Source: Scenedesmus sp. PABB004 (Eukaryota). From it: a DNA stretch of 64,000 nt. A program made the position numbers and the translations under genes. The DNA is taken from assembly GCA_014905635.1 (NCBI GenBank), contig JABVCE010000021.1:496001-560000 (forward strand). Reading direction: 5' to 3'. This document shows positions 12,044 through 24,462 of the stretch, piece by piece. Within the stretch, counting starts at the first letter, position 1. Each line of letters starts with the position of its first letter. The notes under the pieces were generated by a model that ran no database searches, was not told the origin of the DNA, and was given only the letters and a program-made list of their open reading frames with translations.

Positions 12044-13184
12044 ATGGCGGAGGGCCGGCCGTCGGAGCCGGCCGAGGCGCCCTGCGAGCCCAGCTGCTCG
12101 ACGTCCGACGTCGCGAGCAGTGAATGCAGCGGACGGGCGGGGCCGGGCTTCATTCTGCACCGGGTGCGGTCCGGGGCGGCCGATGCCCCGAACGCGTTGC
12201 TGTCTCGCGCCGCCCGGCCGCGCCGCCCAGCGCGACGCCGCATCGACGCGCAGGTGACCAAGCTGGACACGCTGGCTGGGCTGGCGATCCGGTACAACGT
12301 CACGGTGCGCCGCGGCGACCGCGCACGCCGGGCCACCCTGCTCCGCCAAATGGCGCGCGCCCCGCCGCCCGCGCGCCCCGCGCGGCCCTCCAGCGGCGGC
12401 CCGAGCGCCGACGCCCGCGCCCACGCCGGCCGCGGCGGCGGCGGTGGCGCGGCGCGGCACGCGGGCGCGCCGCGCTCACGCGGTGGCGGTTGCCGCTGCT
12501 CGCGGCGCACGCAGGTCTCGGACATCAAGCGCGCCAACGGCATCCTCTCGGACAACGCCATGTTTGCACGCGAGTGCATCAAAATCCCCACCGGGCAGAT
12601 GCCCATCGGGTGCGGCGGGCGCGCGGCGCGCGACGGCGGCGCGCGGCCTCGCCGGCCGCGCCGCGCCGCGCGTGCCGCCCACGGTGCGGGCCCACCGCGC
12701 CGCGCGCAGGGAGGAGGCGCAGGTGCTGTTTGCGCGGCTGATGTCGGGCTACGGCCGCGACGCCAGCCTCAACGCCAAGGAGCGCAAGGCGCCCGGCACG
12801 GCGAGCATCACGCAGCTGCCCGGGTCCCCCACCTCGGCGTCGCGCTCGTCATGCTTCGGCAGCGAAGCGGTGGACGGTGAGGCGGCGGTGCCGCCGCGCG
12901 CGGCGGCGCGGCGGGGACGGCCGCCGGCGTGCGTGCTGCCGCTGCTGGCGTCCTACAGGCGATGCCCCGCTCACTGCCCGCGCCGCCGCCGCCGCCCGCC
13001 CGCCCGCCCGCCCGCCCGCCCGCCCGCCCGCCGCCAGCCGACGACCCGGGCACGCCCTACAGCCGGCGCAGCGACAAGTCGTCGTCGGAGCCGGGCGACG
13101 TGGAGCTCATTGAGCGCAGCATGGCGGACGGCTCGTACGGTGCGCGGCGGCGCCCGCGGCAGCGGCGACGCTGGCAGTCGACGC

Positions 13185-13247
<63 letters not shown>

Positions 13248-13980
13248 GATGGCGGCGGGGCCAGGGGGCGCGCGACTGCGTGCAGTGCGGCGAGGAGGCT
13301 GCTGCGGGCGCACGCGCTCACATCCCCGCCCGCCCGCCCGCCGCTGGCGCCGCAGGCTACGGCAGCGACCGCGTGCGGCGGCGGACCAAGGGCGACAGCC
13401 TTAGCAGCAGCCGGCACGGCTCCGTCACAGCGGCGGCGCAGCTGAGCCAAGTCGCAGAGGCAGCGGTGGGCTGGCTCTCCAACGCTGCAGCGGCAGCGTC
13501 GGGCGCGCTACCGCCAAACGGCCTCGCCGCGGCGTGCATGCGTGAGTGCGCCCGCCGCCGCAGCCGCGCCGCGCGTGCGCCCACGCCCGCCGCGCTGCGG
13601 CTCACCGCCGCCGCCACCGCCGCCCGTCTCGCGCCGCAGCCTCGGCAGCGGCGGACCGGCGCGGCATGCACAGCGCGGGCACGCACAGCGACCAGGGCGG
13701 CGGCGGCGGCAACGCGTGGCACCAGCTTTCGAGCGGGCTCATGCTGGGGAGCAGCAGCCTGGTCGCCAAGATCAAGCGCGCCGCGAGCCAGCCGGCGCTG
13801 GCGGGCCCGCCAGGCGCGGGCGGCGGCGGCTTTGGCGACGCGGCCGACGCGCTGCTGCGCGGCGGCGCGCCGCGCCTGCCCAGCCTCACGAGCGGCAGCG
13901 GCGGCAGCGGCGTCGACTTGTTAGCGCGCGGCACGGGGCTCGTGGCGCTGCCGCCGCGCAAGGACACCAAGGGGGACTGA
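12044..13980 (+). CDS. LysM-domain protein
   Basis: FILHR|VTKLDTLAGLAIRYNVT|VSDIKRANGILSDNAMFARECIKIP is a canonical LysM motif, followed by a Ser/Gly-rich tail ending ...KDTKGD*. Confidence 0.85.
13187..13246 (+). repeat. (CAG)20 microsatellite, intronic
   Basis: Read directly; lies inside the LysM-gene intron at 13140-13355. Confidence 0.95.
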
Positions 13981-14444
13981 CCGCGGCGCGCGGCGCAGCT
14001 GGGCCGACGGGGCGCCGCGCTGCGAGGCGCGGTCGCTGAACACGCAGGCGGGGGCGGGCGTAGGGGCGCGTAGGCGACGGCACAGACCCAGCGGACGGGC
14101 GGCGGCGGCGACGCCCGGCAGGCAGAGCGGCGCAGCTTCGCGCGAGCGGGGGAACCTCCGGCGGCGGGTGCAGCAGGAGCTGCGCGCGCGCGGCGCGTGC
14201 GCGTTCCCCGGCCGCCGCCCGCTGTGCGTTCAACCAAAGCACTGCGTGCACTGCGTGCAGCATTTCTCACATGGGCGGGATGTTATCCCTGCTGAATGTT
14301 TTCCCGTGTAGCGGGCGGTCGCTGCACCGCTGCATTGCGGGCGCGCTGCCGCGACGGCAGCGCCGCCGGGCAGCAGCTGGCGCGTCCGGCGGCGGGCTCG
14401 CGCCGCAACCGACGTGGGTAACGAGCGAGCGGCCTCCTACGCGC

Positions 14445-14449
14445 TTACA
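14445..14449 (-). terminator. TGTAA polyadenylation signal (acetyl-CoA transporter gene)
   Basis: UGUAA about 45 nt downstream of the stop at 14495. Confidence 0.65.
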
Positions 14450-14494
14450 GCGCCCCCGCGCGTGGCGGCAGCTCAACCTCCCCCCGCGCGCCCG

Positions 14495-17291
14495 TCACGC
14501 CGCCTTGGGCTCGGCGGCGCCGCGGCGCTGCGCTCTCCAGCTCTCGGGCGGCAGCGCGTCGAGCGCGGGAAAGAGGCGCGCGTACGCGAGGCCGAGGGCC
14601 AGGCCGACGGCGGCCATGGCGTAGCTCACGGCGTAAAAGCCGTCCATGTCGAGCGAGCACGTGTGGCCTGCGCGCGGCGGGCCCCGCGCGGGGCGCGCGC
14701 GGGGCGAGGCGGGCGTCGGCCGGCGCGGGCCGGCGCAGACGCGGCGCGCGCGCGGCGCCGGGGCGTGGGCGGGGCGGCGCACGCGCGCGCGCGCACCCGC
14801 GGCGGTGCACGCGTTGTCTCCGGCGAGCTCGCGCAGCTTCTTGGGGCAGGGCAGGCCGGGGACCGCGCCGCCGGCGGCGTCGCGGCAGGCCGACACGGTG
14901 AGCAGGTCCATCGCGGCAAAGAGGGGCGACTTTGGCAGTATGACGCCCATGTTGGCGATGGTGTTGAGCAGCGTGAGGTAGGCGCCGCCCATCGCTGTAC
15001 GCGGCGCGCGGCGGGCGGGGCGTTGCGGGCGGGCGTCGAGCGAGGGGCGCGCGGCGGCGCGTGCCGCGGGCGGCGTGCGTGGCGCACACGCGGGGCGGCG
15101 GCGCGCGCGCGCGGCACGCGCGGCGTGCCGGGCCACCTGGGTCGCTGACGCGGTTGAAGAACGAGCCCAGCGCGGTGAACATGAGCGTGCTGCTGAACGA
15201 CGTGACGAGCCCGATGCCGCTCAGCGCGCCAAACCAGGCGCTGTGCTCCACGAACGACGACGCGCCCGGCGGGAACGCCGACGCGAGGCCGGTCAGCGCG
15301 ACGGCCATGCCCAGGCGCACAAAGTAGCCGGCGAGGAAGGGCTGGATGGGGCTGTGCGCCGCGGCCCACCTGGCGGCGCGGCGCGGCCGGGCGGGCGGTG
15401 GGGCGGGGCGCGGGCGGGCGGCGGGGCGGAGGAGGCGGCGTCGGTCGCGCCGCGACGCGTGCGCGGGCACGCGGCGGGGGCCGGGCCGCGCCCGCGGCGC
15501 GCGCCTGCCAGCGATGACGGCGGACGCGAGCTCGACGGGGAACTGCAGCAGCACGAGCGCGGCGAGCGCCTCCTTGGCGACGCCCTTGTCAAGCAGCTTG
15601 AGGCTCGCCGCGCTCTCGGCGGGCAGCACGCCGAGGCGGTAGCTCAGCAGCAGCGCCGAGAGACCCCAGATCGCAGGCAGGCGCACCTGGCGGTGGTGGC
15701 GGTGGTGGTGGTGGTGGTGGTGGTGGTGGTGGTGGTGGTGGTGGTGCGGCGGGGTGCAGCGGCGGCGGCGCGCTGTGTGGCCCCCGTCGCGCGCTGTGCC
15801 CCACGCCGCGCCGCGCGCTCACCACCTCCCAGAGCTGCACGTACGCCGCGCTGATCTCGGCGCGCCGGTGCGACGCGATGTCCGCCCAGCCGCTCGGCAC
15901 GGCGCGCAGGCCGCCGGCGCGGCGCGCCGCGTCGCCGCGCCGCGCGGCCGCGGCGGCGCGCGCCTTGCGCCGCTCCTCCGCCGCGGTGACGTAGTGGTCC
16001 GACTCGGTCTTGAGGCACGCAATGGCGACCGTGATGGCCGCAAAGGCCCACCCCCAGAACGAGATGTAGCCGCGCAGGCTCACGATGCCGTCCGCCGACG
16101 GCGCGAGGCCCAGCGCCGCTGCGCGACGCGCGCGCGCGGGCGGCGCGGCGTGGGCGGCCGCCGCGCGGCGCGGCGCGGGCGCGGCGCGGCGCAGCGCGCG
16201 GGCACGGCCGCGGCTGCGGGCGCGCGCGTACCGCCGAGGGGCCCGCCGCGGACGTACTGGTTGCAGAACTCTGCGTTTGAGAGGGCGAGGAAGAAGGTGA
16301 AGCTGGTGAAGAAGCCCGTGTTCATGCCCAGCGTCTGGCAGGTGCTCGCGTACTCGACGTGCCGCGGCGGCAGCAGCGTCAGCGCCCAGCCGTCCACCGC
16401 GATGTCCTGCGCGGCGCGCGCGGCGCGCGGCGCACACGGCGAGCGGGGGCGCAGCGGCGCGGCACGTGAGCTGCCGCGGCGCGGCGGCGGGCGCGGCGGC
16501 ACGCACGTGCGCGCGCCGCGCGCCGCCGCCGCCGCCGCCGCCGTGCCTGCGTTGCGGCGAGGAGGACGAAGAAGAAGAACAGCGCTGTGAGCGGCGCGAC
16601 GGCGCCAGCCTCGAAGCGGGCCTGGATCCAGCCCGCGCTGCCGACGAGCAGCGCGGCCGACGCGAGCTGGACGGGCACGATCCACGACTTGCGCCGCCCG
16701 AGGCGCGCCGAGAAGACGCTGTCGACGATCGGGCTCCAGAGCAGCTTGAAGCTGTAGGGGTAGCCCGCCATGCTGAAGAGACCCATCTGCGTCATGCTCA
16801 GCTTGGCCTGCAGCAGGAACGGCCTGCGCGCGCCGCGGCGGCGCGGGCGGCGGCGCGGGCGGCGGCGCGGGCGGCGGCGCGGGCGGCGGCTCGCCGCGCC
16901 GCGCGGGGCCGCGGCTGCCGCGGCGCCGCGGCGCAGCCCCGCTCCTTCCTCGCGGCGCTCACATGGTGCCCATGGTCAGGCCGAGCGGGATGCCCTGCAT
17001 CGCATAGAGCAGCACCAGCAGCGCCATGTTGCCCCACTCCTGCAGGGTGATGGCGTCGCCGTGCGGGCGGTGGTGGTGCTCATGCGCGTGCGCCGCGCCG
17101 TCCGCCGGCCCGTCGGCGGCGCCGGCCTCGTCGCTGCCAGACGACGACGATGACGACGATGAGGGCGACGCCCGGGGCGCGCGCGCCGCGCCGTGCCAGT
17201 CGAGCTCCAGCGAGCCGCCGCGCGCGAGGGCGGCCTTTGCCGCCGCCGCCTCGGACGCGGCGCGCCGCCGCTCCGCGCGCGTGACGGCCAT
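14495..17291 (-). CDS. Acetyl-CoA transporter 1 (SLC33A1/AT-1-like, MFS)
   Basis: LLVLLYAMQGIPLGLTMGT, YPYSFKLLWSPIVDS, LGRRKSWIVPVQ, LAATQ|DIAVDGWALTLL, ASTCQTLGMNTGFF, MGGAYLTLLNTIANMG and DGFY. Confidence 0.92.
15692..15746 (+). repeat. (GGT)n microsatellite, intronic, next to the acceptor
   Basis: Read directly; lies in an acetyl-CoA transporter intron. Confidence 0.9.
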
Positions 17292-17396
17292 GCCCGCCCG
17301 CCGCTGCCCCAGCGCGCCGCCTTGGCGGCTAGCTGCTGGGCGCTGCCGGCGGCGCGCGTCGCGCTGCGCGGCGCCCGGCGGGTTGCGGCGCCGGGC

Positions 17397-18109
17397 TCAG
17401 GCCTGCGCGGGCGCCGGCGCGGCGCGCGGCTGCGCCTTGGGGATGGGCTGCGCGCCCTTGCAGCGCGTCGTCTTCTCCGACGCGATCGCCTGGTGCGACT
17501 CGATGCACGCCTCCAGCAGCGCTGCCCTGCGGGTCCGCCGCGGCGGCGGCGCCGGCGCGGCTGGGCGCGCGGGTCCGCGGCCGCGGCGAGTGCAGCGCAG
17601 CAGCTGCGGCGCGCCGCTCGCCTGTCGGCGCAGTGCTTGGGGATCGCGGGTGCTTTGCCGAGGGAGCTGGAGATGCCGATGCAGTCCTCGATGGCCCGCA
17701 CTGCGGGCCCAGCGGAGCGAGGGCGGCGGGCGGCGGCCGTGAGCGCGCGCAGCGGTTGCGAGCGCGCCGCCGGCCGCGGCGCGCCGTGCGGCGTGGCGCG
17801 CGGCGCCATGGCAAGAGCGTGAGACGCTCAGGGCCGTCGCGGGCGCCTGCCGCGGTACGTGCGCGTGCTGGGCGGCGGCAGCAGCAAAGAGATCCGGCCG
17901 CTGCTCCGCCGCCGCGACAGCTCGGCGGGCCGCCCCCCCCCCCCCGCCGCTCCGCAGCTCGGCGGGCACGCACCCTCGGCGGGGCAGATGCTGCTGAAGA
18001 TGCACCAGCCCGCGGCCGCCGTCAGCCCGGCGCAGACCAGGTCGGCGTCCCTGCGGCTCTTGCGCTGGCAATCTTGCAGCGCCTGGAGAATGCGCGGGCA
18101 GGACGGCAT
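17397..18109 (-). CDS. Small protein with four Cx9C motifs (CHCH-like; probable mitochondrial intermembrane-space protein)
   Basis: 3 exons (18109-17974, 17700-17622, 17526-17397) encode CPRILQALQDC, CAGLTAAAGWC, CPAE|VRAIEDC and CAD|RAALLEAC. Splicing restores exact Cx9C spacing twice. Confidence 0.8.
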
Positions 18110-18372
18110 GCTGGCTGCGCCGCGGCGCAGGTTGTGGCGGGCGCGCCGAGCGGCGGCGGCGCCCACGCTGGCGGTCGCAAGCGGTTCAGTGGGCGCGAGC
18201 CCTGCCGACAACAACGTCCCGGCGCCCGCGCTGGCGGGCCCGGCACCCGGTTGAGCCCCACCCGCGCCCTGCTGATCACGCGCGCCGCCGTGGCCGCCGC
18301 CGCGAGGGCGGCCGCAGTCCGGTCCGGTCCCAAACCCCCGCGCCGCGCCGCGCAGCGCTGGCCGCCGGCCCA

Positions 18373-20559
18373 CTACTGCGCCTTGGCCTTGCGCTGCGCC
18401 GCGGCGGCCTCCTGCTCCAGCTGCCACACGCGGTAGCTCTGCGCGAGCGTGTTGACGCAGGAGACGGCAAACATGCCGATGAGAACAAAGAGCAGCCAGC
18501 CCCACACCTCGGCGACCGTGTCGGGCACCTGCGCCGCCGCCCACGCGCGCAGCGACTCCTTGCTCCTGCGACCCGCCCCGGCCGCGGCGGCGGGCAGGTC
18601 AGTGGGCGGGCGGCAGCCGCAGCGCGGGCGGCGCGCGCCCACGCCCGCCCGGCGGCGCGGCGGCGCGGCGGCGCGGCGGCGCGGCGCACCGGACGTGGCC
18701 AGCGACTGCGTCGAGCCAGCGCTGCCACCACCAGCGCGTCTCCGCGCGGTGCTCCGCCGCCTTGGCCGCGACGCGCGCCTGGAAGCGCGCGATCTGGCCG
18801 TCCACGAACCGCGCGAGCATCTCCGCAGGCGGCGGGCTGCCGGGCGGCGCGAGCCCCGCGGGCAGCGAGCGCGGCAGCGCCGCCCCGAGCAGCGAGATGA
18901 TCGCGTTGCGGCTCGCCTGCCTGCGCGCGCGGCGGGGCGCGGGGGGCTCGGGGCGCCGCCGCGCGCCGCTGCCGCGCACCCTGCTGCGCCCGCGCGCCCC
19001 GCTGCGCCGCGCGGCCGCGCCTGAACAGCGCGACGCAGACCGCGGTCTGGCCGGCGACCTTGACGAAGCCCTTTCCGATGAGCGTCGCGCCGAAAAACTC
19101 CCAAAAGGGCATGAGGAACGCGCCGCAGCAGATGCCGCAGAGGTCAAACGCCGCGTTGGGCCAGCTCGCGAGCAGCAGAATGCCCAGGAAGCCGTGCTGC
19201 TGAATCAGCCGCATCATCCACGCCTGCATCGCCGCCACGACGCGCGCGGCGAGCCCCGCGGCGCGCCGCGGCGGCGGCGGCGCCGCGCCGCCGTTGCCGT
19301 TGCCCGCGCCCGCCGGCGGCGCCGGCGGCGGCGCGCCCGCGGCGAGGCTCTCCTGCAGGCCCTCAAACATCTCGTTGCGCCGCCCCGCGCTGGCGGCCTT
19401 ATAGGAGAGAAAGTAGGGCGGCACCTCGCCGACCGCGGTGCCGCAGCCCCACAGCACCGCCGTGAGCAGGACCTGCGCGGCGCGGCAGTCGGGCGTGCGG
19501 CGCGGCGCGCGGGCGCGGCCGTCAGAGCAGCGAGGCCAGCGAGGAAGAGGCGCCGCCGCGGCGGCCGTCGAGGGCCCGCCCGCCGCACGGCCAGGGAGGG
19601 GGCTGCTCCGGACCTTTCTGTAAATCTGCCAGTAGCTCACGTGCCCCGGCGCGTCGTCGCCGCAGTGGAAGGGCTCGCTGCTGTACCACACGTCGCCGCG
19701 CGTGTCAAACGCGACGTGCTCGCACGTCTCGGCCGCCAGGCACACCTGCGGCGCGGCCGCGCGCCGCGGCGCGGGTCGGCCCAGCCCAGGCCGGCGCCCC
19801 GGCTCTTCTGGCCGCCGCCCGCGCGCGCGCCGGCCGCGAGCCCAGCCCAGCCCAGCTCGGCCCCGCCCCGCTCGGCCCTGCTCGGCCCTGCTCGGCCGTG
19901 CACACCTTGAGCATGTGAGGAAAGAGGAAGAGCAGGCCCGAGTGCATGCCGGTGCCGAGGCCGATGGAGGAGAGCACGCCCAGGCTGACCCACCAGGTGG
20001 AGTAGAGGAACCATTCCTGCGAGCCACCGCGGCAGAGGAGCGGCGCACGGCGCGCAAGAGCGGGGGCGGGCGGGCGGGCGGGCGGGCGGGCGGGCGGGCG
20101 GGCGGGCGGGCGGGCGGGCGGGCGGGCGGGCGGGCGGGCGGGCGGGCGGGCGGGCGGGCGGGCGGCGGCGTGCGTGCGTCGGCGCGTGTGCGTGCGTGCG
20201 TGCGTGCGTGCGTGGTGGGGGGAGGGGTGGGTGGGCGGGCGTGTGTGTGTGGGGGGGGGAGAGGCGTGTTGGCGCATGCATGTGTACGTGTGATGAGGGG
20301 CGCGCGGGCGCGCGCCCCGGGCCGCGGCGGCCGCGCGCCGCGCCTGCATGGCGTCCGTGGTCGCGCCGTACGCGCCCGCGCCGCGCGCGCCGGCATAGAA
20401 GAGGACCACCGGCAGCGCGACGCAGAGCGTGACCGGGTGCGTGGCCACAAAGTGGGCCGCCTGCGCGGTGCCCGACGCGACGCTGCAGCCAAAGTAGTAC
20501 AGCGTCCGCAGCGGCGACCGCGCGAGCGTCAGGCCTGTGACCTCGGGCGAGTCCCACAT
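18373..20559 (-). CDS. VMP1: Vacuole membrane protein 1 (VMP1/KMS1 family)
   Basis: WWVSLGVLSSIGLGTGMHSGLLFLFPHMLK, LWGCGTAVGEVPPYFLS and GFLGILLLASWPNAAFDLCGICCGAFLMPFWEFFGATLIGKGFVK. Confidence 0.93.
20064..20163 (+). repeat. (GGGC)~25 microsatellite, intronic
   Basis: Read directly; in the first coding intron of VMP1, followed by (GCGT)n. Confidence 0.95.
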
Positions 20560-21139
20560 CGTGGCGCCGCGCGCCGCGCCCGGCCGCGCCGCCGCCGGCG
20601 CGCCTGCGGTCGCGGGTGGGCGCGAGCGCGGGTCGGCGCGCGCCCGGCCGCCGCCGCCGCGCCGCGCATGCGAGGGCGGGCGCCCCCGCCTGCCGCGCTG
20701 CGGACGGCGGGCTGCGCGGCGGGCCGCGCCGCGCGTGCGGCGGGCGCCGGCGCAACCGCTGCCAACCGCGCCTGGCTGGCTCCGCCGCGCCGCCGCGAGG
20801 CTGCCGCTGGTGCCCGGGTGGTGTGTTGGGCCGGTGGCAGCGCCGGGGGCGGCCCAATTCCGCGGATCGGGGCCGCCTGCCGCTCCTGCCGCGAGCACAA
20901 GCGCTGCTGCTGCTGCTCCCGCGGGCGCGGGGCAAAGGCGCGCGCGGGGCGGGCGGCAACGATGGCGGACAGCGTGTGGGCGGCGTTTGTGAGCATGGGC
21001 ATCGCGCGCGAAGGGCTTTGATTCGCACATGACACGCGGCTTCCCAACGCGCGCCCGCGCGCCGTCGCCAGGCGCCTCACCGCCGTCCAGTCGATCGCAG
21101 CGCGTCACCAGCCCGGCGCGCCGGCGCTGCGATGCGAAC

Positions 21140-24100
21140 ATGTCGGACCTGCCCGCCAGCGCGGCGCTGGAGGCGCTGGAGGGCTCCCTGGAGTGCCTCG
21201 GGGCGCGCCGACCCGTCCGGGGCTCGTTCCTCATCGAGCTGGGGCCGGCAGACTTCCCGCAGCAGAAGAAGCCGTGCGTCGCCGCGGCGCCGCTGCTGCG
21301 GCCGCGCGGCGCCGCATGCGGCCGCAATGCCGGCGCCCCGCCCCCACCCCCGCCCCGCCGCCCCGCGCCGCAGGCGCGTGAAGCACCGCACGCGAAAGAA
21401 GGCCGGCGCCGGCGGCGCCGCCGCCGCCGACGACGGCGCGCCCGCCGCGGCGCCGCGCGGCGTCACGCCGGCGCAGGCGCGGCACCGCCGCGAGTACCGC
21501 GACGCGACCGTGACGTGCCTGTCCACGGAGATCGAGACGGGCAACGTGGAGTACAAGTACCGCCTCAGCTCGCTCACCAACGCCAATCGGCAGCACCAGC
21601 TGGTGCGCGCGGGCGCATGGTCGCCCGCGTCGCCCGGCCGCTGGCCCGGCTGAACGCGCACGCGTGCCCACGCCCACACGCCGCCGCCGCGGCCGCCGCC
21701 GCGTGGCAGACGACGCAGATGAAGTTCCGGCTGTCCGAGGGCGGCGGCGAGGCGTTTTATTATATCGGCGTGGAGGACGACGGCTACCCCCGCGGCCTGG
21801 AGCCCAAGGAGCTCTCCGCCTCGATCGCCGCGCTGTCGGCCATGGCCGCGTCGCTCGGCGCGACCGCGTCGCTCGTGCAGCGCGTGCGCGGCGGCTTCGG
21901 CCGCGCCGCCGCGCTGCTGCACATAAAGGCGGACGCGGAGGAGGCGGCGCGCGCGACCGACCTGCGCGTCGCGGGTGCGCGCCGGCGGCCGCGCCGTCGC
22001 CGCGCCGGCGCCCGCGCCGGCGCCGGCGTCGGCCGGGCCCCCGAGCGCCCCCGGTTTCACGCACGCCGCGCCCGCACGCCGCCGCGCCGCAGTCGCGGGC
22101 AGCCTGGACGCGGGCAAGAGCACGCTCGTCGCGGTGCTCACGCACGGCGCGGGCGGGCGGCCGCTGCTGGACAACCGGCGCGGCTCGGCGCGCATGGCGG
22201 TGCTGCGGCACAAGCATGAGATCGAGAGCGGCCGCACGAGCAGCATCAGCCAGCAGGTGCTGGGCTACGACGCCGACGGCCGCGTGCTCAACTACGCGCG
22301 CGTGTCGGCGCCGACGCCCGCGGAGCTCGCGGGCGGCGCAGCGCGGCTGCTCACGCTGCTGGACATGGGCGGCGGCGCGCGCACGCTCAAGACGACGCTG
22401 TACGGCCTCACCTGCCTGCGCCCGGGTGCGGACCGGGCTCCGGCACCAGGGCGCGGCCCTGGCGCCGGGCGCGCCGCCGCGCCGACGCGCGCCGCCGCGC
22501 CGACGCGCGCCGCCGCGCGGCGCAGACCTGGTGCTGCTGTGCGTGGACGCGTGCGCGGGCGTGAGCCGCATCACGCGCGAGCACCTGGCGGTCGCGCTCG
22601 CGCTGGAGGTGCCGGTCGCGCTGCTGCTGACAAAGGCCGACGCCGCCGACGCGGCGGCGCTCGCGGGTGCGCTCGAGGCGGTGCGCGCGCTGCTCGCGCC
22701 CGTGCTGGCCGGCGCGGCCCCGGACGACGTGCCTGTGGTGGCGAGCGAGGCGCAGGCGGGCGCGCTCGCGGCGGCGCTGTCGCAGCCGCGCGGCGCGGGC
22801 GGCGGCGGCTTCCGGCAGGCGGCCTTCCCTGTGTTTGCAGTCTCTAGCGTCACCGGCGCGGGGCTGGCGCTGCTGCACGCGTTCCTGAGCCGCCTGCTGC
22901 CGCCGGCGGGCGAGGGCGGCGCCCGCCTCGAAGCGCGCAGCCAGCTCTGGCTGCCGGGGCAGCAGCTGGAGCAGGAGCAGCAGCTGGAGCAGCAGGAGCA
23001 GCAGCTGGATCAGGAGCAGCAGCCAGACCAGCGCGCGTCGGAGCAGCCCGGCGGCGCGCCGGCCGGCAGCACCGGGGGCGCGCCGCGGCCCGCCGGCCAC
23101 TTCCAGGTGCTGCACAGCTATGACGTTGCCGGCGTGGGCTGGGTGGTGTCGGGCATCGCTGTTGCAGGTGGGCGGCGGCGCTCCGACCGCCCGCCGGCCT
23201 CCCGCGCCGCGGCGGCCGCCGCAGCGCGGCCGCTCACCCGCCGCGCCCTGCTGCCGCCTCGCACGTCGCCCAGGCGCCATCGAGGTGGGGCAGCAGCTGC
23301 TCTGGGGCCCCACGCCCGACGGCGGCTTCACCCCCGTGGCCGTGTCGTGCTGCCAGCACAACCACCTGCCCGTCCGCTCGGTGCAGCCGGGCCAGACCGC
23401 GACACTGGCGCTGCGCTGCAGCGCGGGCGCCGGCGCGCCCGCCGTGAGCAGCAGGGAGGCGCTGCTCTCGGCCGCGGCCGCGGCGCAGGCGGCGGCCGAG
23501 GCCGAGGCGGCGCGCGAGGCGGCGGTCGTGGTCGCGGCCGCGCCCACCATCGCGTTTGGCAAGCCCCTCGTGCCCGGCTCGGCCGCCGCAGCCGCCGCGG
23601 CCGCGGCGGCCGCTGCGGCGGGGCTGGGCGCGCTGCCGCCACTGCCCGCCTGCAGCGGCGGCTGCGACGACGCCGCGCTGGAGTCGCTCGCGGACGAGCT
23701 CGCGGCAGAGCTGGCGCTGGAGGACAGCGACGGCGAGGCCCCTGGCGGCGCGAGCGGCGGCGATCTCGCGCTCTGCGGCGAGTGCGACGCCGGGCTGGGG
23801 CCGGGCAGCGCGGCTGGCAGCGTGGCAGGCAGCGGAGCGGGCAGCTGGGCCGCGCTGCGTTGCGCTGGCGGGCGCGGCGGCTCCGCGGCGGGCGGCGCGT
23901 CGCTGCTGGCGTCGGAGTCGTCCGACTGGGCCAGCGACGAGCCCGGCGCGCTGCGCAGCGTCAGCGCCGCGTCGCTGAGCAGCGGGCGCGGCGGCAGCGC
24001 GTCGCCGCCGCCGCTGCCGTGCGGCGGCGGCGCGGGCGCGCAGCCGGTGCCGGCGGCGGGTGCGGGCGCGCGCGCCGGCCGCGGCGGGGGCTCCTCCGGC

Positions 24101-24430
24101 GACGGCGGCGCGCCCGCGCCTCTGGGCTGCTCGCCGTCCAACGCGCGCAGCAAGGGCGCGGTGCTGCTCGACGCGCACGCCGCGCCGCGCACGTTCTGGG
24201 AGTTTGATGCGCTGCTCGTGCTGCTCGGCGGCCGCTGGCCCGCGCGCGGCCTGCTGTCGGGCTGCTGGCCGCCGTCCGAGGCGGAGCCCGAGCGCGGCGG
24301 CGGCGGCGGCGGCGGGGCGCGCGGCGCGGCGCCGCGGGCGGCGCTGCCGGCGGCGCCGGCGGCCGGCGGCGGCGGTGCAGCAGCGGCGGCGGCGGCAGCG
24401 CCGGCGGGCGGCAGCGCTGGCGGCGACGGC

Positions 24431-24462
<32 letters not shown>

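Noticed and set aside
13187..13246. Poly-Gln tract in the LysM protein
   Set aside because: The (CAG)20 lies between a GT donor (13140) and a CAG acceptor (13355), so it is intronic.
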